A stretch of 63,722 nucleotides of DNA, counting the filler, from Platydemus manokwari (taxonomy: Eukaryota), in the NCBI GenBank assembly GCA_037951405.1. It is 6 parts of 6 records of this genome, joined end to end, with 100 filler letters (N's around TTAATTAATTAA, not from the genome) between each part and the next. Parts side by side here need not be neighbours in the genome. Positions count along the whole stretch, not along the records: positions 1 to 9,994 come from JBBMOY011163880.1; positions 10,095 to 19,419 come from JBBMOY011264429.1; 4 more parts are not named here. One strand, 5' to 3'. This document shows, one piece after another, positions 1 to 14,063 of the stretch (positions are counted from its first letter, which is position 1; each line of letters starts with the position of its first letter). A program made the translations under genes and the position numbers. The notes below the pieces were generated by a model. That model was not told the origin of the DNA. It worked only from the letters and a program-made list of their open reading frames with translations, and made no database searches.

Positions 1-239
1 ATTGATTATATTGTTTTATTAAGCTTAATTATATTTGATATCACTATTATCTTAATCCATCTCTATGAGCTCTTGAACAACAATAATAATAATAATATTA
101 ATAATTAAAATTTCAGTTGTTATCTATTAAAAAATATTATTATTTGATATCATTAAAATATCAAATTGGAATTTCTTATTGGAAATTAAAACATAAAACA
201 TCCATCTTGCTTTCTTTGACTTATTTTAATAAAATAATA

Positions 240-1335
240 ATTCAAAATTCAATGAAAAGATCAGATTGACAAAAGCAAGGTTTTGGTGCAGAATTATGTC
301 GCTATTGACAACACTGATTCAATATCGATGTTGATTAGATTGAAAATAATTCTCGTGCATTATCAATTATAAATCATTATTTTAAAACAAATTGAATTCT
401 TTATAAAGCCATTTGAATTCTGTTGTGACAGCAATCGTTGGATTTTCATTTTTCTTTCTTAGACATTATTTTTTTTAATTTGTCCTCAGGCAAAATCTTC
501 TCAAATATAATTTTGTTTAAAATGATCATCATCTTCATCATTGATGATAAATAATCTGGACGCCAATTTTCAAATCAACGAAACTATACTTTATTTTCAA
601 ATAAAATTTTATAATTTCAAGCTGATTTTACTAATAAGGCCGAAAAAACTTTTGTATCGCTCACTTAATCACCATATCCACCGCTTTAATATCCAATTTC
701 ATCAATTATATTTTGCTTTATCCCGAGATTTGAGTATTGTCATATCTCAATAATTTATAATTCATGTTTGTAACTCATGTGGAATAATATTAAAAATGTT
801 CACAACATACAAGATCTTGTTATAAATAGATGATTAGCCGTTACATGTTTTGAGTTCAAGTGATTACGGACATCTAAATGCGATTATATTTTCTTTGCAC
901 ACATATTTTTGACTTTCAATTTGAAAAACACGATAAAATACAAGAGAACACTCAATGTATTTGACAATCTTACATGATATTGTTTTAATATTTCAAAAAT
1001 AATCAATCCAAACAGCATTATTTTCATCTCCAATCTCTAAATATTTATTCACCCGAAGGACATGGTCAACAATTTCATTTTTTTGTCGATGGATTATTTC
1101 TGAGTGACTTTATTTAAATTGCAACATAAAAACTTAAATCATATTCAAGACAAAACTTTCCAACGATATCAATTATTTCCGCAATTTTTTCATTTACATC
1201 TACTATTAAAAATTAAATTGTATCAAAAATAAAATCAAATCCTAAATGATCTGATGGGTAACAGATAATTTGTTAATATTCTACTCTATTTTTCGAAATT
1301 GCAATTTCAAATGGACTTGAAAAACTTTTCTCATT
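240..1335 (-). pseudogene. Decayed intronless TRAF-like gene (zinc-finger remnants, coiled coil, MATH-like start)
   Basis: Minus-strand fragments KKYVCKENIIAFRCP, QDLVCCEHF and TTEFKWLYKEFNLF...ENYFQSNQHRY*ISV resemble TRAF zinc fingers and the first MATH strands. Many stops and frameshifts. Confidence 0.3.
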
Positions 1336-1603
1336 TTGGTTTTAAAAAATTAATTTTAATTTTAAAATTATTAAAATTTATTTGTAATGTTTATTTATAA
1401 ATTTATCTATAATGTTTATAAATAATTGATGTAATTATTTCATTAATTATCTGTGAATAGCAACGTGAAACACATTAAACATATTAAACAAAGTGGTATT
1501 TATATTCTACAGTACGTCATGGATAATATAGTATTTTGAAAATATTAGAAAATATCAACAAAATTGAGGAAATTATTTATCGGAAATTACACAATAATTC
1601 ATC

Positions 1604-1640
1604 ATATATAAGAACGGTAACCAATATTCATTCATTCAAT
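1604..1640 (+). promoter_or_regulatory. TATA box plus Inr-like TCATT upstream of the kinase
   Basis: ATATATAAG at about 1604-1612 is followed some 25 nt later by TCATTCATTC. A CRE-like TACGTCAT lies near 1513. The ATG is at 1655. Confidence 0.45.
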
Positions 1641-1654
1641 AATTATATACAAAT

Positions 1655-2476
1655 ATGTCAAGCAAATCAAGAAATATCACAATCAACGATTATACGATAT
1701 TGAAGACTTTGGATAAAAAACCGAAAGGATCAGTTTATGTTGCAATGAAAACAAATCATTCCAATTCATCTAATCAAACCGTTGTCATCAAGACATACAA
1801 CAAACGATATAACAAATTTTTTCATTCATTTGGACCCGATGAAAGATTAATTCCAAAAGAGATATGCATCAATAAATTGATCAATGATCATACTATTTGT
1901 CCCATCATTCTCGATTCATTCGAAACAAATGATAATTTTTTCATAGTGATGGAACATCTTACTGGTGATTGGGTGGAACTGTTTGAATATACGGAGACGT
2001 TGAGAGCTGAAAAAACCATACAAATCTATTTCACAAATATCATGAAAACCATCATGAAATTGGCGAGTAGAGGAATCTATCACACCGATATCAAACCAGA
2101 AAATATTTTCATTAACACACAGAATTTCGCAATCAAATTAATTGATTTAGAAGAGGCTTTATATTTTAAAGACATTAAAAATCCCATCTCAAAAAGAACG
2201 ATTGGTACAACTGGTTATTGTGCACCAGAGGTTCTACGACGAAATTATTATTATGGAGTTAAAGAAAGTCTAGTTTTTACTATTGGTTGTACTTTATACA
2301 GTTGCATTGAAAGTGCTTTATTATTCGATAGTGATGAAAGAACGATATCTGGTAAAATGGGTCCATTTTGTTCATCATCTAAAACTGTTCAAGATTTAAT
2401 ATTATCATGTGTTCGTAAAATCCCAGAACAGAGGATTCAATTGAATGATATTTTACAACACGAATGGTTCTTTTAA
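1655..2476 (+). CDS. Intronless PIM-related Ser/Thr protein kinase, 273 aa
   Basis: Uninterrupted ORF with VVIK lysine, IPKE alphaC, HTDIKPEN catalytic loop, DLE in place of DFG, GTTGYCAPE and the terminal RIxLxDILxHxWF. Like PIM kinases it lacks the Asp of DxWSxG. Confidence 0.85.
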   Translation: MSSKSRNITINDYTILKTLDKKPKGSVYVAMKTNHSNSSNQTVVIKTYNKRYNKFFHSFGPDERLIPKEICINKLINDHTICPIILDSFETNDNFFIVMEHLTGDWVELFEYTETLRAEKTIQIYFTNIMKTIMKLASRGIYHTDIKPENIFINTQNFAIKLIDLEEALYFKDIKNPISKRTIGTTGYCAPEVLRRNYYYGVKESLVFTIGCTLYSCIESALLFDSDERTISGKMGPFCSSSKTVQDLILSCVRKIPEQRIQLNDILQHEWFF

Positions 2477-5400
2477 TATAATTTTATCATTGGTCTTATT
2501 ATTCATGGGTTTTCTATTTTCTTCATTATAAGACTAAATGCCTTGATAAGTTATAATTTGATTAACAATTTCTTTATGTTAATTTCATATATTTTTAAAA
2601 CCAAATCACTGAGACTATATATATAGTTCGAGTGAGCTGTTATTATTAGTATTAACTGGTTTCGATAGCACTTCATTAATTAATATGGTGACAAAATTAC
2701 CCAAAAATAAGTGAACAATCCTAAAGACTTTAGTTTCTGATTTCAAAGAAGTATTTATTATAGTAGTTAATGTTTGTCCCACCGTAACAATATTGAGACT
2801 GAAATTATACTATTGTACAATACTGTAATAATTATAGTTATCGAGGAATTGAGATTAATTTATAAAAATTTATTTAGTAATACGAAAGTTGTACAATGAA
2901 AAAATAACAGAAAAGAAATCAGGGAAAGTATGCAACACTCAACACAAACTGTTTGGTTGAACAAATTAATAGAAATTAAAAATTGAAATTTCCTCTAACC
3001 CATACGCCGATATACCAGTGAAGATCAGCGGTTGAGCGAATACGGGGATAATTCTACTCGAACTCAACAATCATTTAGCATGCCAGAAATGCATATTGAA
3101 TTAATTCAGTTAGATCTCTGGTTAATTGGCTCAATTAAAAGCCACCTTTAAATACAATTTGCATCGTTATTGTAGTTGTTATTTGATGATGGAATTCAAT
3201 TAAGTGACTTTCCTAGATTTAAATCAACAAGATATTCCCGATTATTCAAATCGTTAATAATTTATCAGCAGTTAGAGGCCGATAATTGATGTTTCCACTA
3301 ATAGATAATTAGGTGTGTATTACTAATCAGAATAATTAATAGTAGACAACATAATAAATATATTCATTGTAATAACAATTGAAAAATGTATGTGTGACCA
3401 TAAAAGAAAGTAGTGTAGTGACCTCAAGAATAAAAAATCGACTGAGGAACTAGGCAGAGCCCTACTTCGATATAAAACTAAGGAAATTTAAGTTTTAGAC
3501 TCCGACAAATTCTGGCTAGACTTGTGCGGTTTAAATATTAGAGATTTAATTAATCATAATGAATAATACATTTATCTAAAAATTTTATGCTTATTGTTGC
3601 CTTAAATGTGATTTTTTATTTTATTGTACGTATTTACAATTATGTGTATTATAGCTATATATGTATGTATATTCAACATTATTGTTATTATTTAATTGTT
3701 TATGTTTATTATCATTTTCATGTTTGCCATTTGATTTCAATTTACACATTTCTTTAGTAGATAATTTAATATATAAATAACTATTTTGTTGAAGGAGGAT
3801 TCACTTAATATCAAACAATAAACGACATCCAATCAACATAATTCAACAATATAACAAAACAATAATATAATTCATTCTTCCAAAATAATAGAAATTAACT
3901 TCCATTTCTGATCCCATATAAATTCAAATCTCTTAAAACGTCCAATTGTAATCCAACAATCCTTATAACTAAATATCTATACTCAACAGCAATTCAAATA
4001 CAATTCGATAGAGCATTTCAATCCAAAGCTCGAGATGCTGAGCAGCATTATAATCCTCTAATAATTAACAATTAAACTTTAAACTTCTATCACCTTATTT
4101 AATTTATTGTGTAACGACTTATTATCACGTATCGATTTATTTTTTCCATGTAATTTTCAACTTAATAAGATCTCATAAATCACGAATTTTACTATATTCT
4201 TTGATTCATAAACCCATCGCAATTATTTATTTTACCATCTAGTCCTTTATCATATGAAATTGGAAAACCAAATAGGTGTCGAAAAATTAAAATAATATAA
4301 ATTAAAATAAATAAAATCTGTAATAAATTAAATATTATTGAAAGCAAAATAATAAAAATAAAATCAACAAATAAATATAGAACTAAAATAAATAGAGATA
4401 AATATAATAATAGTAAGATATTAATTAATGATATTTAAGGAAAGAAGGGTGAAAAATAAGTAATTTAATCGAAAAATTTTAATTCACACGAAAAGTAACA
4501 ATCGTACAAAGACAATAAGAGTAGTGTTAAAAGTAATCATATTTAGCATGATTTTAAAAGCATACATTTTCAGTGTACTCAGTAATTTATAAGAATTTAA
4601 CGAATTTTAATGACCTAGCTTTTATTGAATTTTACTGAATTTTATTATAAAAATAAAATTATTTTACCACACTAAATAGAAAAATTTAATTAAATTAAAT
4701 TAATTAATTAAATAAATTTTAAATCGATATAGTTCACATAATTAAACTGTGGCTAATAATTCAATAAATAATTCCTACGTTATACATCGATAAATAAAGG
4801 GTAAGGTTTTTTATTTTGTTAATTGGTTAATGTCAAACAAAGATCAAAAGTTAATGGGTGCTGAACTCCAACAATTTTGGTGATAAATCGTTAATTACAA
4901 CGCAATATTAATTGTTAAAAATGTCATAATTGTAATTTTTTTGTTTGGATATTGAGTGAGATTCATTTGAGAATTTTTAAAGTGGTGGAATTTCAACACT
5001 TAACGCATTTTATTAATCAAATTAAGAGTTCAAAACTCATTTATCGAGTTTTTTTTTAGATAAACATGATAATTCGACAAGAAACATTGTTGAGTATAAG
5101 AAAATTATAATTTCGAAATTTTTTTTAGAAATATACTCATATATGAACTATGGAGAAATATTTCTGGAAATCAGAAACATTAACTGACTCATGATTATTT
5201 TTTGTTTCATGATATCTGATAGAAGATTTAGATTTCACTTTATGACTTGCCAACATTTTTTAACAAGATCCCAGAAACAATTAAGTAGCTCTAATTTATT
5301 TAAGTCGACATATTATGTATTAAATATAATGTCAATCCATTATATATTATGATTGTATCTTTTACTAAAAAGCAATGAATACATTACAAAAAAATATCTG

Positions 5401-6099
5401 GTTTTTCCTGGTCCGACTACCAGATGGAATTTGTTTATCGTTAAATTACTGAGAATGCGATTTGTAAAATGATATTTCTCGATTTCATTATTTTTCAGAC
5501 TTATGTAATTTTTTAAAGCATCATAATTACCAATATAAATCTTGAGTATTTGTTTAAATTAACTGTATATTTCTGAGATACTAACGAAAATCTTTTACAG
5601 CCATAAGTACGTAGATGATTGAATACAATTAATAATTGTACGATAGAGTATTAAGACACCCATCATACTTTTACACATTTAATATATAACTGATGATTAA
5701 TATTTGAAATGAAAATAATCGTCTCTTTACAACTTAATTTTTGTCTTTTTTCCCCAGCTATCTGAACGATAATTCCATTCATAATTATCAAAAAATTTTG
5801 CAAAATCTGGAATAAAATTACAAATTTCGGAAAAATCCGTAGGTAAATAATATCAATAATAAAATATCGTGCAAAAATGTGCTAGCTAAAATTCCAATCT
5901 TAAGTGATTTGAGCACAAAATATTGAAATTAAAATAGTCATTAAATAGAAATAAGCAACGCCGAGATAATGTTGTTTTCTAAACAAGAAAAATGTGCAAA
6001 AGAAGGCTAGTAAGAAAATTAATGAAATTAGATGCTTTATTGAATTAACACCAATTTAAATCAAAAAAATATGTTATTATCAATTTTTAAGTGAGCACA

Positions 6100-9000
6100 C
6101 TACATTTCGATGCTAAGATCATCGACTCCTTTAAAATTAAACGGTGTAAATCTAAAACCCTCTCCGCGATAGAATTTATTTTGAAATTCCACCCTGAAAC
6201 ATTGATTAAATGGTAAAACGAATCAACAAAATTGTACCAATGTAAACGAAGCGCGTGCAAAAAAGCCGATAATCCCTCCATTAATAAAAGAATTGCAATG
6301 GTCAAAACCGCCCACACTGCAAATATGAAAAACAACACAACACACCCCAGGTAACCGTTAATACCGAGACCGATACGCATGACCATATTCCACAGAACTT
6401 CAGATAGCTCTAAATTGTGAATAATTAAAACAATATCAGAATGGATTTCGTGTATTATTTACGTGAATGAGCGAGGCTAAGTGCCCAGAGTCGTAAATAG
6501 GAAGCGGTATTGGATATACAACCAAGACAATACTCAATGGTATGAATGCATTGATGAACAATTATTTCGCTCATATTAAACTGAAATCAATTTTCAATCA
6601 AGATAACATGACGAATAATTACCTCTTCATGATCTTCTTCATTATCGATCAATTCTATGGCATCCATTTTCACAATTGAATTATTGACCCCATCGACTGG
6701 ACTCCTCAATGATTGATCGACATCAGCCCCCTTAATAAAGCAATTCAATAATCAAGTAATCAATTGATTGGCTTGTTTTACATCATTAACATGTCCAGGA
6801 TCTAACAAAGATATCGATTTTCGAATTTTCTAAAACGAAAAACTGAAGTTCACGTATTTGACCAATGAAAACAAACTTTATGCTTCATCGAATGTTCACT
6901 ATAAAGAATGAGTGGCTTGATGACCAACATCCAAGGAATGCAAATTGCAGCGATAACAACGACGATTGATTGAATTGTCATCTGTCAAATATGTCTTATT
7001 ATCACCTTCAAATCAATATCAATTACTTGATTGCTCATAATCGGGTAACAGTCTTTTGGCGGTGTTTCAACTTTAAACATAAACATATTTATAAGCCCAA
7101 TCATAAGCGATGGAGCACAAAAAGATGTAGGCCCATCGTATTGTAACCATTTAATGAAAATTTCCACAATAAGATATCCGAAAATGGAAACCAGAAACAA
7201 AATTTGCGGAATAAATTCAGTAAAAATGCTTAGATAATTCTTAAAAAAGCATTGATTGAGTGAACTCAAAACAACACCGAACAACATGTGAAAAACTCCA
7301 AAAATAATACTCATTTTCATTTTGACTGAGTTGGTAAATTCAATTTTATTCGTACTAAACTGCCAGGTAGGATCGATACCAAATGGATAAGGATTGCCGG
7401 AATAAAATTTACTATTGGAAGCATTGAGTTGTAAATCATTATTGCCATTTAATGTGGAGTTGTCATAACTCGGATACCAACTTGATCCGAAAATATTGAT
7501 TGATTTGGCAAAGAAATCATTGTAAATCAATCCAGTATACATGGAAAACGTGCCCATCAACAAGATTATATAACGACCGCCAAAAAATATATTCCAAATC
7601 TCATTGTCGCTTTTCTGTCTCTGAATGGAAATAAATAATTAAAACAAAATCTCCTTCCTCATACGTACCAGGAATTTTTTCTCTCTCAAAATGATTATCA
7701 AAGCAAAAAGAAACATGATAAGACCATGACCACAATCACCAAACATCACTGCAAAAAGAAACGGGAATGTAATCACTGTAAAAGGAGCCGGATTAACTTC
7801 ACGATAATTGGCCACACCATAAGCATCAACGATATTCTGGAACGCAGCTGTAAATTTGTTTATTCTATGATATGTCGGTGGAGTAGATTTTTTAATGTTG
7901 TCTCCCAATCGATTGAGAATTGGTTGTATTGTTCCGTTACTTTTTTCCATTCCCGTTCGAAGTGCAGCATAGATTGCCTCCATGTCATTCACTGGACACC
8001 AACATTCACCAATCATGCATTTATCAGTTACATTAACATTGAACAGATTTAAAATCCGATAAATAGCTTTGATCTTTCGAATCTTTATGAACCAAATTCT
8101 TATGTGTTTCGCTGCTGTGATCAACACATTATGTCGATGGTTTTGGGTTTGATCAAGAACCGTTTTTAATTCTTCCATACGCATTTTCACACCTCTAATA
8201 ACTTCCTTTCTTTCGTTTGGATTATCGGTACACGGATAAATGGTAGCATGATAACTGAACATAATGTTGTTACAATAGAATTTTTCAATACCACTTACGC
8301 TTCACATATCTTTCTGACTCGAAGATGTAATTGTTCACCTTGAAAGAAAACCACAAACACCGATTTCGCTACCTTTTTATTTGGCTAAAATTCGAAAGTT
8401 AAAACACTAACATTACAAAATCAGAACTAAACCGTTATCAGATCTTCGAGATCTACTTCAATTTCGCTGAATTTTATGAGAACATTTCCACGACAAGCTC
8501 GCCACAGCATTCTTTCGAAACCAGGTAATTTTTCTCGAAGAATCACACCAGCAATGAATCTACATTTTGAGATAAATAAAATTATCTTAATTTTTTATAT
8601 TTCAAACAAAATTTCACAGCCCTAATTTGGCATTCTAATTTTCAGAATATAACGTAATAGGAGATATTTTAATACAAAGTACAACTGAAATTACATAAGT
8701 ACTTATTACTAACTGATAAGACAATATTTATTTTGTAATTATCTCTATTGAGTTATAACATGTAATAGAAATCATTATTGAATTATTATCAAATTTATCA
8801 TCATTTTATGCATGAATGCGATTTTATCATTAAACTTCGACAAACTGATCTATTTTGAAACGATTTTTAAAAATTCAAGATAAAAAACAATGATATTATT
8901 ACTCACTCAACTTTATAACTTCCCTTATCTGTATCTAACAATTTAAGATCTATTTCCCTATCATCCAACTTATATACTTCAGTAGAATCAATTGATACCA

Positions 9001-9773
9001 TCAATGAATCAGAATCCTGAGTAAAATGTATGTAAAAATAAAATTTTGGCACAGAGGGACACAATCAAATTGGGGATTTTATTTTGCAAAATTAAAAAAA
9101 AATCTTTGATACCTGATGTTAGGATTTTCACCAACAACATTCTCTCTATCATCATAATTTGAATCAATGTCTTGCAAAATATGTGAATCAACACCCTATA
9201 TGATCAGTATTTAAAATCAATGGGGAAAATGATCAAAATATATCACTCTAACCCCTTCAAAAAATACTTTTGTTTTTTGTAATAAGTAATTAAGTTCAAC
9301 GAGCTCAAAGAAATTTTTCTTTAGTTGTTCAAAATTGTTATTGATTTCCTTGAGATCTTCTTCTATACCTTCAAGATTAGTTTCTAAGTCAATTATTTCT
9401 CGTGGCTCCGGTGCTAAAGGATTATCCCCTGTATCCAATATAGGAATAGCGTCTAAATTAATTTCTTTCTCTAAAAATCCTTAGATAATAATTTTATGTA
9501 TTAAGTGTACGGTTTATATGTAATATCAACTTAATTTGCGTTCCATCTCATCGCATCTCCGTACTTCATTTACGAATTTTCTTTGGAAAGCATTGGTATC
9601 AGGAATTGTCTAAATTATTAGAAAATTAGTTAATCTTAATATATTTTAAGAATTACATCAATAAATTCCATAGCTCCTAATTCACCTAACTGGGATATAC
9701 AAGAATATGCAGAATCTGTGTGGAGAAATAATTGGCACAGAGTCATTTCTTCGCTACGAAAGAGACTGCCCAT
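6100..9773 (-). CDS. ATP6V0A: V-type H+-ATPase V0 subunit a (ATP6V0A/Vha100 family), complete multi-exon gene
   Basis: Starts [16 protein letters not shown] at 9773. Exons 9773-9657, 9609-9531, 9479-9253, 9195-9113 or 9016-8907, 8559-8433 and onward, all GT-AG. Motifs [46 protein letters not shown] (essential Arg) and [13 protein letters not shown]. Stop TAG at 6100-6102. Confidence 0.97.
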
Positions 9774-9994
9774 TTCTTCCTAATTTTAAAAAAATAATTA
9801 ATTATAATAATTATTTAAATTATTAAAACAAAAGTTAATTATGTTGAGCTCTTAATAAAAGGAAATGAATTTGAATACATATTGAGTATTATTCATATAC
9901 TTTTAAGAACTATAAAGTTATTTTATGTCGAATTTCAATATTTATGTTAAATATTAAATAAATCTGACAAAACATTTTGATTAATTTTTAAATT

Positions 9995-10094
9995 NNNNNN
10001 NNNNNNNNNNNNNNNNNNNNNNNNNNNNNNNNNNNNNNTTAATTAATTAANNNNNNNNNNNNNNNNNNNNNNNNNNNNNNNNNNNNNNNNNNNN
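9995..10094. other. Scaffold spacer N44-TTAATTAATTAA-N44 (also 19420-19519, 32834-32933, 42131-42230, 54741-54840)
   Basis: Identical 100-bp construct occurs five times; the 12-mer gives stops in all six frames, which marks it as an assembly linker. Confidence 0.95.
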
Positions 10095-10357
10095 GCCAAT
10101 TGTAAATGACGTGGAATGATTCTGCTCTTCTTGTTATCTCTGGCAGCATTACCAGCCAATTCGAGAACTTCGGCAGCTAAATATTCCAATACAGCAGCCA
10201 AATATACTGGAGCTCCGGCACCAATACGTTCGGCGAAGTTTCCTTTACGTAATTTACGATGAACTCTTCCAACCGGAAATTGAAGACCAGCTCGAGAACT
10301 GCGTGTTTTACTTTGGGTTTTTGACATTTTTGCAGATTTTCCAGCTTTTCCTGACAT
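10095..10357 (-). CDS. H2A: Histone H2A, 3' end lost in assembly gap
   Basis: [67 protein letters not shown] is canonical H2A; intronless. Confidence 0.97.
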
Positions 10358-11479
10358 TTCGATTTTTTTTAATATTAAAATTGATTTTCGATATTTATAT
10401 AATTTTCTATATATTACGTTGTGGTACTTAAAATGATCAAACTTAATTTTTAAAAATTCAAATTGTAAATTTATAATTTTTTATTATAAAAATTATTAAA
10501 AAATCAGAAATTAAATTTGACTTTCTATGCGATGTTTTAGTTTTAACTTGTTAACTTTCATTTTATTTTAGTGTTTTGCAATAAGGATCAACATAAAAAA
10601 TTGTGTCGTCATTTGTTGTCATATTTTGTATTGAGATTTTCACTACGTGTTTTATAATAATTTTAAAAAATCAAATATTTTTCCCACGTATTTTGATATT
10701 GTTTTTATAATTTATTTCGCGCTATTTTCAAAAAAACTATCCTTCCAATAATATTTTTTTTGACAAAAAACATGATTTTTCTAAGAATTTAATTTTTGAA
10801 AAAAACCAAATTTAAAATTACAAAAACACAAATCTAATTTTAAAATCACTTTCTGAAATTGACGTGCGTCTTATCAAATGAGAATTTTCATTTTTCTTTG
10901 GCCATTATAATAAAAATCATAAATTTTCTAATGTGGGTTTATATATGAAAGCTAATTATCAAGATAAAACATCATTCGGTAAATTTTCCTGAAAAATTGA
11001 TGTTTAAAATACAAGATATCTTAAACCATTTTTGCCACTAAATTATCCTATTAATTCTTGCATGCAATATTGGCACTTCCAGAATAGAACATGAGAAATG
11101 ATAATATTTAGCAGTAATTGGACATTGTTAGTGCAAATTGTGAGGGTGGGCGGTTGTTCTTATCATATTGAGAGACAAAATTATGAGACATTGGCTGGTT
11201 GAGCGATATGCGCAATGATAGGTTCCGGTGAAGTAAAGCTTGATTTTACAAGTTGGTGACATGAAATGAAGCATAATTAATGAATGAAAACTTAAGTGAA
11301 AAATTTATTTCATTTTAATTTATAAAAATAAACTAGATGAAGTGATATACAATTAATATGTAAAAGTTAAAGTGGAGAATTTTATATATGATATATGTTC
11401 AATATTATTAAATAAGTTCAGAAGTAATGAGAAAAGGGATTATTACGGATGAAATAAAGTTAATTATAAAATCAAATAA

Positions 11480-12300
11480 GAATGATAAGAAGGATATAAC
11501 TATGATTAATGTCCGACTTGTATTGTGTTATTGGGAAGTAGTGTGTGCATTTATTTTCTAATGTGTGCCTTGTATGATGTACAAGTACCTTTTATTAGGG
11601 TACTAATGAATGTGTTTAATGTGGAGTCTTATAAAATTGAGAGGCGCTAGCGGTTTTTGAATGATTTTATGTAAACTGGGAGACAAGGTGAAAAAGTGCT
11701 TAAGTTTGATTTGTTTCTTATTTTCGTCCACTTATTGGAAGATGATTAGTAAGGGAATGTGATATTGTCACTGATCCATTTGATGGCAGCTCTGAGGTCG
11801 TGTGTATGTGTTGAGTTGAGTCTTCGTTTGATAATGAAATCAAGGTGAGAAACAATTTAAAAGCGAAATGGAGTATCGAGTCTGGTGGTAAATCTGAATG
11901 TACATAAAATACTTTGTAAACAATATTCTAGACGAGACGCGGTGAAACCGAGGTCACTAATTTATATTTGAGGATTTTGATCATTCGTACTGAGAATATC
12001 CTTGGATATTTGTCTAATTCCTTTGACAAAGAGCTTGGTTCTGAAATTATTGTTATCAATAATTAGTGTCCAGGAGTCTAGTTACGTTTCGATTTGTTGG
12101 ATGCGAAAGTTAAACGATATGCGTAAAAGGATATTGTATGCTTGGTATTTTTGTGATGTGTGAAAGCAAGATTTGGCAATTGTTTCGAAGTCTATAAGAC
12201 GGAGTTCAGGATATGAGTCATGGAGGCATGGATTGGTAGGACTAATGGTACCCCGAAATATTTGTATAATTTATTAAACAGAATGCTGCTGTACCTTATT
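11480..12300 (-). mobile_element. Degenerate non-LTR (LINE) reverse transcriptase 3' fragment
   Basis: Minus-strand YKYFGV at about 12250-12270 resembles the YKYLG motif of RT domain 7 and is followed by decayed coding-like sequence. Confidence 0.4.
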
Positions 12301-12839
12301 ACTATAAACGGGTTTAAATAATGCACCGTTATAGTATCTAACTTATACTACATTTTCCAAACCGCAAAGGGTAACTTTGCACAGACAATTAATAATAAAG
12401 AGGTTTATAAAGATGTTTCTTATCTAGACTGAGTTTCTAACTTTAATATCATACGCTAACATCCAAGTCAAATTTTTTAATGGTTTTCTAATTGCAACCC
12501 GTTTAATGTGTGCCTATTTTAGGGCTACAATATTTTTAGCTGGCGAAATACGAGAAAGACAAAAAATGTTTTTGAATTAGACAAAGAGTTAATAATTAAT
12601 ATTGAATATATTATAGATTAATATAGATTAATGATAATTTTTGATGTATGGGAAATAAATATTGATTAATGACAAATAAATTTACAAAAAGTCTAATCAA
12701 TTAAAATCAATTATTTTAACAATAAATTATAATTTATCAACTGCTAAATAATCAGATATAAATAAAGGAGTTTTGAATCGATTAATATTGGTTCAAGGCT
12801 TAATTTAGAAATAATATTTTATAAATAAATTGTGTATAA

Positions 12840-13660
12840 AGTGTGGCTTGACAGAGTGGTTTGTTAGCCAGTCATAAAAATACCAAAAGGTGAGAATTCT
12901 ATTTTTTGAAGGAGTTGGTAAAAAGTAAAGGAATATGATGCACTAATTAGAATCCCATAAAACGTTAAATTCATGTTTTAATAATTTAATCAATAATCGA
13001 TTTGACCTTATCTGCTATTTGACTCAAATTTAATATAATCTATCCAGTTAACCTTTCTTTAAGGAAAACCTGATTAGCACTGAAACAGACTTTGTTTGAA
13101 GAAGCAACTCCAGTTCGCTAATTCTAAATAAAATGGTTTTTATTGTCGTGTCCAGGATGTACAACATTGATTTTTATTTATTTTATTCTGATATCCATAC
13201 AAGAAAGCGATTTGAAATTATTATGAATGTAAATTCATTATTATATATGATATTACTCCCTAAAATGCAAATAATAATTTGACAAGAATAATTTCAAAGA
13301 AATCCAACAACCGATCCAATTAATTTTGAAGAGAATAGAATGATTGCAAGAATGCGTCCGTAGGACTGCTAACATAATCGAGTATCATAAAACTAGTATA
13401 TGTTCAGAATAAGGGTCACAAAAATTTAAGATCACCTTTTCGAGTAGAAAGGATTATATTTTGAAATGATCTTTTTAATGAATTTTGAGACACTGTCTAT
13501 TAAAAAGTTGCATTCCAAATGTAGCACATACTATTAATGGCTATGATTTATTCTGATTAGTGTTACTCGACACGATGTATATGGATTGACACACTTTATC
13601 TCTGAGAAATAAGATATAATTGTTCCAATATGTCATTTATCATTGAAGATATTATTTCGA
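12840..13660 (+). pseudogene. Decayed IAP-like gene (two BIR-like remnants and a RING-like end)
   Basis: Fragments (W>*)PVIKIP...FFEGVGKK, NGF...SCPGC, LHSKCS and a frameshifted C-PICH. Reading them requires frameshifts. Confidence 0.3.
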
Positions 13661-14063
13661 TAAATTCAAATTTCATAAACAGAAGCGGCAAAATTTTAAA
13701 TTTTTAAATCCTTCACGAAATTATTCTTCACAGATTTCTCAAATCATTAAGATTCATGTTTTATCAAAAAGATAAGTAACTTAATGGAATTATTGAAAAA
13801 ATTAAATTTTAGAACAGGTACAAATCAAAAGATTAAATCCGATTTCATAATTTATGTGAGTCGCCGGAATAAACTATGACGACTGCTTATAAAAGTTTAA
13901 AAAGTTAAAATTTACGATAAATATCTCTCAATCTATTTCAGTAGTCTGAAATTTTTATTATATTTATCAACACTATTGAAGGTATTAATCTAAATAAATT
14001 TTATAAATTTTTCACAAAGGGAATAAAAATAACTGAGAAATATGCATAAAATCACAAATTTTA

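Noticed and set aside
7726-8052. Antisense ORFs over the V-ATPase and DDX5 exons (also 25646-26224, 28657-29695)
   Set aside because: Shadow frames of real coding exons with no recognisable protein features.
8562-8904. Possible third alternative V-ATPase exon
   Set aside because: The candidate acceptors I checked lead to stops in phase 0 before a suitable donor.
6100-9773. Weak donors (GTTGAT, GTTTAG, GTAAAA) suggesting non-canonical splicing
   Set aside because: All resolved introns are GT-AG; degenerate donors are common in short introns.
10039-10050. Recurrent palindrome TTAATTAATTAA inside N runs
   Set aside because: Identical 100-bp construct at five places; it is an artificial scaffold linker, not biology. 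Adjacency across these joins is uncertain.
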